DNA of 63,783 nt, counting the filler, from Methanobacteriota archaeon (GTDB lineage Archaea > JACRDV01): the NCBI GenBank assembly GCA_024860865.1. It is 5 parts of 5 records of this genome, joined end to end, with 100 filler letters (N's around TTAATTAATTAA, not from the genome) between each part and the next. Parts side by side here need not be neighbours in the genome. Positions count along the whole stretch, not along the records: positions 1 to 28,029 come from JACRDV010000008.1; positions 28,130 to 45,097 come from JACRDV010000088.1; 3 more parts are not named here. One strand, written 5' to 3'. The notes beneath the pieces were generated by a model. It was not told where the DNA came from. It saw nothing but the letters and a program-made list of their open reading frames with translations, and ran no database searches. A program made the translations under genes and the position numbers. Position 1 is the stretch's first letter, and the number at the start of each line of letters is the position of its first letter. Shown in pieces: positions 20,135 to 28,684 of this stretch.

Positions 20135-20656
20135 TTATTTGCTCAAAGCTTTAATAATTTGCTCACAAAAATTTGGCAGATCGCCTGGATGCCGTGAAGT
20201 GATAATATTTTCATCTTTAATGACTGATTTATCAGCATATATAGCTCCAGCATTTATCACATCATCTTTAATAGCTTTGTAACAAGTTACGTGCTTGCCC
20301 TCTAAGATTCCGGCTGAAATCAGCACTTGTGGACCATGACAAATTGCGGCGATTATTTTATCATTTTTGTAAATCTTTCTTACTAATTCCAATGCTTTTC
20401 CGTTTGTTCTGAGTTTATCTGGGGCGTATCCGCCCGGAATAATCAAACAATCTGGCAGTGGTTTTGTCAAGGCTTCTTCTAAATTCATATGGGGCTCAAT
20501 AAGTTGCCCATGTTTTCCTCTGAGTGTCTCTTTTTTCGGTGCCACGATTTTAACATCAGCGCATTCTTCCTTAAGCCTAATTTGTGGATAAGTGAGTTCA
20601 GTATCTTCGAATTCGTGCGTAGTGAGAATAAAAATCCTTTTTTCTGCTAAACTCAA
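20135..20656 (-). CDS. pfpI: PfpI/DJ-1 family protease/deglycase
   Basis: FEDTEL, IIPGGYAPDKLR, AICHGP, ITSRHPGDL. Confidence 0.92.
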   Translation of the reverse strand: MSLAEKRIFILTTHEFEDTELTYPQIRLKEECADVKIVAPKKETLRGKHGQLIEPHMNLEEALTKPLPDCLIIPGGYAPDKLRTNGKALELVRKIYKNDKIIAAICHGPQVLISAGILEGKHVTCYKAIKDDVINAGAIYADKSVIKDENIITSRHPGDLPNFCEQIIKALSK

Positions 20657-20859
20657 GTAATCCGCTCATTATTGGAAAATATAATAATTAATTGAGATAA
20701 AAGAATACCGACTATAAACTTTACTCTTAATAACTTATTGGCTAGCTTAATTCAAAAAAATAGCATGCATGAAAATTGCTATATTTAGAAAAACTAACTA
20801 ACATTGAGAACTGAGCTTAGATAGCAATAAACTTTCTCAAATACGATAATTAGATAAAA

Positions 20860-21261
20860 TCAGTTTATTCGGTTTGACTCAAATTCTTTCAAGAAATTCC
20901 TTAAAGACTCAAAATCTCCAGAGAATTTATAGATTATTTTTTTGTTGCTATTTAAATTGACCTGTTCAACAATTCGCAAACTCGCGAACTTTTTTAAACA
21001 AGATGAGGCTGTGGTTGGGCTAATTTCAGCTGAGCGAGCAACTTCTCTTATGCTTTTCAATTCGCACTTGCTCAAAGCAATTAGACATTTTATTCGAGGG
21101 TCATCACGAAAAATGTTAAAAACTGTATTAACCATAAACATTAAGAGGTTATTATCGTCTACGGCTATAGGCTTTAGTTCGCAAGCATTTGCAGACATAA
21201 AATTCCTAATTGAAGAGGTGATATTAGAATTTTTAAGATTATTGTAATCGGTTGTATACAA
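20860..21261 (-). CDS. Winged-helix DNA-binding protein
   Basis: SIREVARSAEISPTTASSCLKKF. Confidence 0.6.
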   Translation of the reverse strand: MYTTDYNNLKNSNITSSIRNFMSANACELKPIAVDDNNLLMFMVNTVFNIFRDDPRIKCLIALSKCELKSIREVARSAEISPTTASSCLKKFASLRIVEQVNLNSNKKIIYKFSGDFESLRNFLKEFESNRIN

Positions 21262-21312
21262 GTTCTTTTAATTATTAAAACATTAAAAAATCATATAATT
21301 TTTCATTTATAG

Positions 21313-22026
21313 TTATTTCTTATCGTTTCTTACAATTTTAGATAAGATTTCTGAATATTTTAAACTAGCTTCTGATTGCACTAGCCAAGTCATCCAACAG
21401 AGTTCAATTGGCCTATAGCCAGTTTTCTGAGCAATTTTATGAACGGTCTCTATAAAAGCGATATCATCTAAAATCGGCGTTATTACTTCAGATTCTTTTA
21501 AGATATTTGTAATAATCCTTCTGACTATTTTATCAGGCATGACTGTATCTATCCCACCCATCATTCTTAAATACTGAAAAGTGTTTAAGCCTACACCTTT
21601 GATTTTACCGATTGGATTTTCTTTCCAATTTTGTAACTGCGCATTCTTTGCCCAAGTGATGAAAGCTTGTTTATCAGTTTTCAAATTTTTTTGCTCTTTA
21701 ATGTTTACTAAAGAAGAAGCAATAGATTTGGCAACTTCCCAAGATCTTTTGTTCTTCCAAATTTTTCTAAGAACTTTCATCTCTGCAGAAGTAAGATCTT
21801 CTAAACTTTTTATTTTTCCTGATTTAACGAAAGTCTCCTCAAATTCGATCATTTTTGGGACAACTGTTTTAAAATAATTTAACCCAATTGATGTAAAAGC
21901 AGCATCTATAACCATTAAAAGGATACTACTCCCCCATCTCCTAGTCTTTAGGCATTGATTGCAATAATACCTAACCTCAGGAACTTTTTGCATGTAATGA
22001 TTGACAATAGTTTTTAGTTTATTCAA
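21313..22026 (-). CDS. HhH-GPD-like (DNA glycosylase-fold) hypothetical protein
   Basis: IKGVGLNTFQYLRMMGGIDTVMPDKIVRR helix-hairpin-helix plus Asp; divergent from ku. Confidence 0.6.
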   Translation of the reverse strand: MNKLKTIVNHYMQKVPEVRYYCNQCLKTRRWGSSILLMVIDAAFTSIGLNYFKTVVPKMIEFEETFVKSGKIKSLEDLTSAEMKVLRKIWKNKRSWEVAKSIASSLVNIKEQKNLKTDKQAFITWAKNAQLQNWKENPIGKIKGVGLNTFQYLRMMGGIDTVMPDKIVRRIITNILKESEVITPILDDIAFIETVHKIAQKTGYRPIELCWMTWLVQSEASLKYSEILSKIVRNDKK

Positions 22027-22118
22027 ATTGACCCTTCAAATCTCAGAAAACCTCTTTATGCAAAAAAATATAATTTAGTGTTTTCTAATTCTTTTAAAGA
22101 TTAAATTTTTGTGATATT

Positions 22119-22931
22119 ATGGCCCGTGCTATCTGGACTGGAAGTATTTCATTCGGTCTCGTTAACATTCCTATACGGCTCTATCCAGCGACCGAAGATC
22201 ACGAGATTTCCTTTCGAACACTTCACGATAAGTGCAATACTCCGCTCGAATATAAGCGATATTGCCCAGTGTGTAAAACAGAAGTTTCTTGGGAGAACGT
22301 TGATAAAGGATTTCAAGTTACTAAGGGCAAATTTGTAGTTCTTAAGAAAGCAGATTTTGAGCGCATTAAGTTAAAAACCACAAAGACTATTGATATACTC
22401 CAATTCGTCAATGCAGCAAGAATTGACCCGATTTTCTATAACAAACACTATTTTATTGCTCCTGAAAAAGGTGCTGAGCAAGCATATTCTTTGTTTAAAG
22501 AAGCACTTGAGCTTTCTGGGATGATGGCGCTTGGAAAAGTAGTGATGCGAAATCGTGAGCATCTGGTAGCGCTAAGATGGTATGGCAAAGGTCTTTTGAT
22601 GTCAATATTGTATTATAAGGATGAAGTGAAATCACCTGAGGATTTTGAGGAAATCAAGCAATTAGTGGCAGTGCGAAGTGATGCTCAACTCAAGTTAGCG
22701 AGATTGTTAATAGATCAATTAGCGAAAGAAGATTTTGAGATCAGTGATTTCAAAGACGAGTATCGCAGGGCTCTTCAGCAGTTAGTGAGCGCTAAGCTTA
22801 AAGGCGAAGAATTTTTAGTTGAAAAACCTCCAACTGTCGAGGCAGCAAGAGATTTGATGTCAGCGCTAAAAGCAAGCGTAGAGCAGTTTAAGAAAAAGAA
22901 GAAAAAGAAAATAGAAGTGGAGGCTAGGTGA
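22119..22931 (+). CDS. ku: Ku protein (prokaryotic NHEJ)
   Basis: MARAIWTGSISFGLVNIPIRLYPAT, FKDEYR, DLMSALKASV, basic tail. Confidence 0.95.
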   Translation: MARAIWTGSISFGLVNIPIRLYPATEDHEISFRTLHDKCNTPLEYKRYCPVCKTEVSWENVDKGFQVTKGKFVVLKKADFERIKLKTTKTIDILQFVNAARIDPIFYNKHYFIAPEKGAEQAYSLFKEALELSGMMALGKVVMRNREHLVALRWYGKGLLMSILYYKDEVKSPEDFEEIKQLVAVRSDAQLKLARLLIDQLAKEDFEISDFKDEYRRALQQLVSAKLKGEEFLVEKPPTVEAARDLMSALKASVEQFKKKKKKKIEVEAR

Positions 22932-22941
22932 GCTTCTTTTG

Positions 22942-23024
22942 ATGAATGAAAAAATTGAGCCAATGCTATCTATCCTAGCAAACCATTTGATTCCCCTAAC
23001 CATATTTTTGAAATCAAATTTGAT
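22942..23024 (+). pseudogene. 5' fragment of a second, intron-less ligD paralog (1-nt frameshift, truncated after KFD)
   Basis: MNEKIEPMLSILA/(K)PFDSPNHIFEIKFD parallels the N-terminus of the downstream ligase. Confidence 0.75.
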
Positions 23025-23070
23025 CCACAACTAATATTAAAAATGGAAAATGATGAGGTGAAAGTTAAAA

Positions 23071-24065
23071 ATGACCTTATTTGAAGAAAAAATAGCGCCA
23101 ATGTTAGCACATATTTCAGAACCATTTGATTCAAACGAGTGGTTATTTGAGATCAAAATTTCTTGGTAGTTTTTTGCCAGGAAATGGTCATATTTGATGG
23201 TACTAGGACAATTGCTTTTCTTGGAAAAACAACTCGTCTTCAAAATCGTCGCTTTATAGATTTAACGTACCGTTACCCTGAACTCCAGCAATTAAATCGA
23301 AATATTAAGGCAAAAGAGGCGATTCTCGATGGAGAGATTATTGTATTCCAAAATGGATTGTCAAATTTTTACAAATTACAAGAAAGAGAACATCAAACGA
23401 AAAAGTTTAAGATAAATCTACTTTCTGAGCAAATGCCCGCAGTTTATGTAGCTTTTGATTTACTTTACTTAAATGGAAAGAAGTTAGTTACTCAACCTCT
23501 TATTAAACGAAGAGAATTATTAAGTAAAACAGTCAAAGAGGATGAGCGCATTCTTGTTTCACAATATATTTTTGAGTATGGCAAATCTTACTTCAAAGAG
23601 GCAAAAAAACGTGGATTAGAAGGGATAATGGCTAAGCAAATAGGTAGCCCATATCTAATTGGAATGCGTAGCCGATATTGGTTGAAGATAAAGAATTTGA
23701 AAACACTTGATTGCGTTATAGCCGGCTACACAAAGGGAGAAGGTTGGCGGACAAAATACTTCGGAGCTTTAGTTTTGGGTTGCTATTATAGAGGAAAGTT
23801 GACTTATATCGGAAGAGTTGGAACAGGATTAAATGTCTCTGAATTCGAGTTAATTACTCCTCAGTTTGAAAAACTTAAAACAAAAGATTGCCCTTTTTCT
23901 GAAAAGCCAAGGTTTCCCTCGGATATAGAGGTAACGTGGATCAAACCAGAGCTTGTTTGTGAAGTAAAATTCATGAATTTATCCCGAGACCTAAAATTGC
24001 GGGCTCCTAGTTTTATTCGCTTACGGAATGATAAGTGGCCAAAGGATTGTGAGTTAGAAATTTGA
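23071..24065 (+). CDS. ligD: ATP-dependent DNA ligase (LigD ligase domain), join(23071..23156,23192..24065), 319 aa after predicted splicing
   Basis: RBS GAGGTGA 23055-61; exon 1 MTLFEEKIAPMLAHISEPFDSNEWLFEIK plus exon 2 FDGTR..LDGEII..AFDLLYLNG..EGIMAK..WLKIK..GRVGTG..LRAPSFIRLRNDK. Confidence 0.88.
23157..23191 (+). other. 35-nt bulge-helix-bulge (BHB) intron in the ligD mRNA
   Basis: GATC/GGTC 4-bp helix, 3-nt bulges AAA and ATA, 12-bp inner stem with TTTT loop; cuts after the 2nd bulge nt rebuild the Lys codon AA|A in frame. Confidence 0.85.
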
Positions 24066-24213
24066 ATTAATTTTCAGAAAGACAATGCATATATTTTTTA
24101 TCTTACCTTGTAAAAATCTTAATAATTTCTAATTTAAAGAAACTTCTGAATTAGAAAGACAAAGAGCAGAATGGTAACAAATATCTTTTGTTTTTAACTA
24201 ACTTGTAAACTAT

Positions 24214-24453
24214 ATGCGCACTAAAAAAATAAACCCAAATTTACAAACCAAATTAACGATTCAAAATTATTCAGCTCTAAATGAAATTGAAACAGAAACA
24301 AAAATAACTGAATTTGAATCTACTGAAATACCAAATGAAATAGAAAACCTGGCTTTTTTGCCAATTCTAAAGAAAGAGTGCAAACGATGTGGAAGTTCCT
24401 TTGCCACACATTTTGAGTCTGTAGAATTTTGCGCGAATTGTATAAAGTTATGA
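24214..24453 (+). CDS. Small protein with C-terminal Zn finger
   Basis: CKRCGSSF...FCANC. Confidence 0.55.
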   Translation: MRTKKINPNLQTKLTIQNYSALNEIETETKITEFESTEIPNEIENLAFLPILKKECKRCGSSFATHFESVEFCANCIKL

Positions 24454-24609
24454 TTTTTAGTATTTTCAAATATATTGGAACCAAAATACCCTAAATTCAG
24501 TGATTTTTCACTGAATCACTTGAATTGAAGTCATAAAATAAGAAAGAATATTTCTTTTTAATGCACTAATTTTACTTGAGCAAGCAAAACTACCAATCAA
24601 GGGACTAAG

Positions 24610-24822
24610 GTGCCAATTAAACAAATACCTTGGTTTAAAGGGCTAACGATAGCAATAGAAGTTGTACTTACTATTTTGATTTCGGGTCTATTATGTGGGA
24701 TCGCAGGCTACTTTCTATGGAGTTCTAATCCGATCTTTGGATTCGTTTTTGGAATGAGCATCGGTTTTTTCTTAGGGCTGATTTTTGCATTTTGGGCTAT
24801 AATTAAAATTTATGGTAAATAG
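24610..24822 (+). CDS. Small two-TM protein (AtpZ/AtpI-like)
   Basis: Two Gly-rich TM helices. Confidence 0.5.
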   Translation: MPIKQIPWFKGLTIAIEVVLTILISGLLCGIAGYFLWSSNPIFGFVFGMSIGFFLGLIFAFWAIIKIYGK

Positions 24823-24838
24823 TTCAAAAAGCATGTCG

Positions 24839-25534
24839 CTATTTTGAATATGTATAAATCTGTCCCTTTTTTAGTTCTACGACCTTTACATAAGGCATTT
24901 GCTCATCAACATGCCTTTTGAATTTAGGGCCTTCAACTTCAATTAAATCTGTGTGATGCGGTATAACTACTTTTGGCGAAATTAACTCAACTGCATGAAG
25001 AGCCGAAGTGATAGAAACGCCAGGGGCTATCCCAACGGGAATGATTGCTATATCAGGCTTGTATTTCTCACCGATCTTTTTCATACCATCGAATGTTTGG
25101 GAATCAATTGCGTGGTAAATTACAATACCATCGTCAGTTTCAAATACAAATGTTAACGGCATTTGAGATGGATGTCTTGCTCTTTCTGCTGTAATTTTGA
25201 TCTTTCCAATGTTGAAAGAATCACCCATATTTATTGTCTTGATTTTATCTTGAGGTATATCTTCTAATTGTCTTGCCACTACTGGAGAGGTCAAAATGGT
25301 TGCATTGGTATTTTTTTGTATAGATGATACTAAATCTGGATCAAGATGATCATAATGTTCGTGGGAAATCAGAATAAGATCTGCTTTTTTGACTTCAAAA
25401 CCTTTGATTTGATATGGATCTATTATTACTGTGGTCGATGGTATTTTAAGAGCAGTTCCAGAGTAACTATTAAACCACATTAACGCTGCGCTTTTAGGCT
25501 TTACTTCTAATTTTTCTAATTCTGTGAATGCCAT
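24839..25534 (-). CDS. Metallo-beta-lactamase-fold hydrolase
   Basis: IIDPY, LISHEHYDHLD, YHAID, IPHH. Confidence 0.88.
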   Translation of the reverse strand: MAFTELEKLEVKPKSAALMWFNSYSGTALKIPSTTVIIDPYQIKGFEVKKADLILISHEHYDHLDPDLVSSIQKNTNATILTSPVVARQLEDIPQDKIKTINMGDSFNIGKIKITAERARHPSQMPLTFVFETDDGIVIYHAIDSQTFDGMKKIGEKYKPDIAIIPVGIAPGVSITSALHAVELISPKVVIPHHTDLIEVEGPKFKRHVDEQMPYVKVVELKKGQIYTYSK

Positions 25535-25741
25535 TTAACTTCCAATAAATTAACACTTATAAGGGATATTTAACATTTCTTAGGAAACTTTTTCAGAACA
25601 TTTTTTAAAAATAAAAAAATTAAAAGGTCAATTTTTTAAGCGGATATCGATTACGAGCAAGTAAAATTTTGTTCAATTAGAAACATAAAGCTTATGGGCT
25701 ATTTTTTTGGGATAGTTTCGAGCAATAGAGTTTTAAAATTG

Positions 25742-25841
25742 GCACGGCAACGAAAATAGTTTGCCATGCTTTCGTAGAGATTATTAACGAGCCATCTACG
25801 AAAGGCTCGGGGTGAAAATTTGAGGCCAACACCCAAATTTT
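25742..25841 (-). ncRNA. Candidate small structured RNA/leader with two H-type pseudoknots and a hairpin
   Basis: Interleaved complementary blocks; TATA-like TTTATATA on minus strand at ~25857-25864. Confidence 0.45.
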
Positions 25842-26034
25842 TTATTTTAAATAATAATATATAAATGTTATTAATATAATATATTTAATAAAATAATTTT
25901 TAATTTAAAAAACTTTTGAGCTCAAATTTAGAATTTAATAGAAATACTGGCTTCTCAGCAAATAATTTTTCTGCTATTCAAAGACTTTGCTAAAAATATA
26001 GATATCTTTAACCAAAGTAGGTTGAGGTGTTAAA

Positions 26035-26364
26035 ATGGATTTAGTTTTAGTATACATAACTGCCCCTAATGCTGAAGAAGCGCAGCGAATTGGCGATATT
26101 TTGGTTCAAGAGCGATTAGCAGCTTGCATAAATATAATTCCTGAGATTCAATCAACATATTGGTGGGAAAACAAAATTGAGCGCGCAAAAGAAGCAGTAA
26201 TAATCGCTAAAACAAAACAAGGAGCAGTTGATCGCTTAATTAAGCGAGTTAAAGAAGTCCATAGTTATCAAGTTCCTTGCATAATTGCGTTTCAAATTTT
26301 GGCAGGAAATCCAGATTTTTTAAATTGGGTAAGAGCTGAGGTAAGTAATAAAGTATTATTTTAA
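26035..26364 (+). CDS. cutA: Divalent-cation tolerance protein CutA
   Basis: LVQERLAACINI, STYWWE, HSYQVPCII. Confidence 0.93.
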   Translation: MDLVLVYITAPNAEEAQRIGDILVQERLAACINIIPEIQSTYWWENKIERAKEAVIIAKTKQGAVDRLIKRVKEVHSYQVPCIIAFQILAGNPDFLNWVRAEVSNKVLF

Positions 26365-26387
26365 TAATGTTTTGTATCTAAAATGAT

Positions 26388-27110
26388 TTGGTGGCGGAAA
26401 TTACAGTTAGGCCAGAAAAAGAAGCTTTTAGAGAAATTATTTATGATACCTATTGCTGGAAAATTTTAAAAGACCTTCGTAGCCAAGCTGCTGAAATTAT
26501 GGAAGTCCTATCAAAAAATAACATCAGCTCAATGGTTCACGGAAGTTTAGCTCGCGGGGATGTCGATAAAGAGTCAGACATAGATGTTTTCATTTCCCAA
26601 ACTATTCCATCATTCCAAATTGAGATTGCCCTTGAAGATGCGGGTTATAAACCAATTTTAAGGGAAATAGTTCAAGCAACACCTTGGCAGTTGATAAAAG
26701 CTCATTTTTACATTTCTGAAAAGAAAGTCGTCAGTTGGCCTTTAATTTCGCCAAAGAAAGCTGAACTTGAGTTTTATTACTTTGGCGGAGCGGCAACTCT
26801 CCCTCAACTTAGGAACAACGTAAGAGTGCCAGGTGTTGATAAGCGACTGATTGTTATATTGCCCATTGAAAAAGGTCATCAAGAAGTTCCGGTTTTAGCG
26901 TACGGCGAAGGAAAAGTTGCAAAGCTTTTAAACATTAGCCTTGATGCTGTAAAAGAGCGTGTTCAAGTATTAACGAGAAGGGCAGAAATTGGTCATACTG
27001 GAATTTATATCAAGAGAGCGCTAGGACCTGACGAAACTTACGAGGATGTTTTTAGAAAACTCATTGTTGAGCATCCTGTTATCAAAAAGCGCATTCGTGA
27101 AACGGAATGA
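26388..27110 (+). CDS. Archaeal nucleotidyltransferase-domain protein
   Basis: HGSLARGDVDKESDIDVFI, EFYYFGG, RVPGVDKRL. Confidence 0.85.
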   Translation: MVAEITVRPEKEAFREIIYDTYCWKILKDLRSQAAEIMEVLSKNNISSMVHGSLARGDVDKESDIDVFISQTIPSFQIEIALEDAGYKPILREIVQATPWQLIKAHFYISEKKVVSWPLISPKKAELEFYYFGGAATLPQLRNNVRVPGVDKRLIVILPIEKGHQEVPVLAYGEGKVAKLLNISLDAVKERVQVLTRRAEIGHTGIYIKRALGPDETYEDVFRKLIVEHPVIKKRIRETE

Positions 27111-27754
27111 AAGCAAAAACGATAATTCAAAAATTGATGAAAATTTATCCTTCTGAACTATGGGATTTTAAAAAGCTGGAAGATCCATTTGAATGTTTAG
27201 TTTGGACCATTCTTTCGCAACAGACTACTTCAAAAAATGCTGAAGTTGCATTCGAACAACTTTGGAAAAAATTTAATAACATTCAAAAACTTGCTTCAGC
27301 AAATCGAACTGAAGTTTCAAAATTAATTTACACGGCAGGTTTATCAGCTCAAAAATCAAATTATCTTATTAAGTCTTCAAGAGAAATCTTAAAAAAATAT
27401 GATGGGGGCCTAAAAGCAGTTCTTAAAAAGCCTGAGACTGAAGCTCGAAAAGAATTAATGGTCCTTCCAGGAGTTGGATTAAAAACAGCTGATGTTATTT
27501 TATGTTTTGCAGGCGGAAGAGACACTATTCCTGTTGATACCCATGTTTTTATAGTCTCAAGGAGGCTTGGATTAGCAAGTGGCAAAACAGTGTCAAAGGT
27601 TAAAGCAGAACTAGAAGCAGTGATTCCACCAAAACTTAGAAGATTCGGACATTTATTGCTAATTCAACTTGGAAGAGATTATTGTAAGGCTCGAAACCCA
27701 AAATGTTCAATATGCCCAGTTAATAAATTTTGTACATATTATCAAGGAATATGA
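27107..27754 (+). CDS. nth: Endonuclease III
   Basis: LPGVGLKTAD, PVDTHV, CKARNPKCSICPVNKFC. Confidence 0.92.
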   Translation: MKAKTIIQKLMKIYPSELWDFKKLEDPFECLVWTILSQQTTSKNAEVAFEQLWKKFNNIQKLASANRTEVSKLIYTAGLSAQKSNYLIKSSREILKKYDGGLKAVLKKPETEARKELMVLPGVGLKTADVILCFAGGRDTIPVDTHVFIVSRRLGLASGKTVSKVKAELEAVIPPKLRRFGHLLLIQLGRDYCKARNPKCSICPVNKFCTYYQGI

Positions 27755-27815
27755 ATTGGAAGTAATCCATTTGGTAGAAAAAATTCGGTTTATGCATATA
27801 ATTTTTTAAAAAATT

Positions 27816-28029
27816 TTAAGAGAAAAGTCTTTTTAGATTAAAATTAGCCAACTTTTTCTTGCGCTTTACAACTACTTTTAACCGTTTTTTCATTTTAGGA
27901 ACTGGAATTCCCAACTGTTGTAACCCAACAATTTTAATTGAGTGCTTTTGGTTTTTAAACCAATTTTGGATGACTATACCATTAGTCTCAAAATATTTTA
28001 AATAATTAGATACTGTCATTGCATTAATC
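27816..28029 (-). CDS. 3' part of a wHTH protein, truncated by contig end
   Basis: Near-identical to 45198-45348. Confidence 0.6.
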
Positions 28030-28129
28030 NNNNNNNNNNNNNNNNNNNNNNNNNNNNNNNNNNNNNNNNNNNNTTAATTAATTAANNNNNNNNNNNNNNN
28101 NNNNNNNNNNNNNNNNNNNNNNNNNNNNN
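28030..28129. other. Artificial contig linker (N/TTAATTAATTAA/N)
   Basis: All-frame stop spacer. Confidence 0.99.
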
Positions 28130-28440
28130 AGCGCCTCACCTGATTTAAAACGTTTGTCTTGGCGCGCATAGCTGAGGTATGGTATTATAGCTGTGACTTT
28201 TTTTGCACCGTGATCAGAGGCAATGTCTAAGATAAAAAGTAGCTCGATTAAATGATCATTTTGCGGGCGATAAGTCGATTGGATTACCGTTACTTCTTGA
28301 TCTTTCATTTCACAAGCAACTTGCACATATAGTTCCCCGTCAGGGAACTTCTTTACTAAAGGGGCTGAAAATTCAACATCTAGCTCTTTTGCAACTTTAG
28401 TAGCAAGCTCTTGAGAAGCAGATCCGCCTATAATGATCAT
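28130..28440 (-). CDS. prs: Ribose-phosphate pyrophosphokinase, partial
   Basis: FPDGELYV, IPYLSYARQDKRFKSGE. Confidence 0.93.
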
Positions 28441-28684
28441 TTTAACCTCTAAAAAATATATTAATTCGAATAAAAAACTATTCTTTTAGCAGAAAAGTTG
28501 GATAGGTAAAAATTTTAAATAAGAGATAAGATACTAATTTAAGCCTAAAAATGCTATATGAATTAGTTTCTTTAGAGTATTTACTCGTACAATAATCTTA
28601 ATTTGAGATAAAGCTTATTTTAAAGAAGAACAATATTAAACAAACCATATTGGTTGAAAAGCTTACCTTAAGAATGGTATAAAA

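Noticed and set aside
23163-23192. ORF-track start MVVFCQEMVI for the ligase
   Set aside because: Lies inside the predicted intron and omits the catalytic Lys; the upstream ATG 23071 has an RBS and ligase N-terminal homology
28074-28085. TTAATTAATTAA repeated four times in the window
   Set aside because: Artificial scaffold linker within N runs
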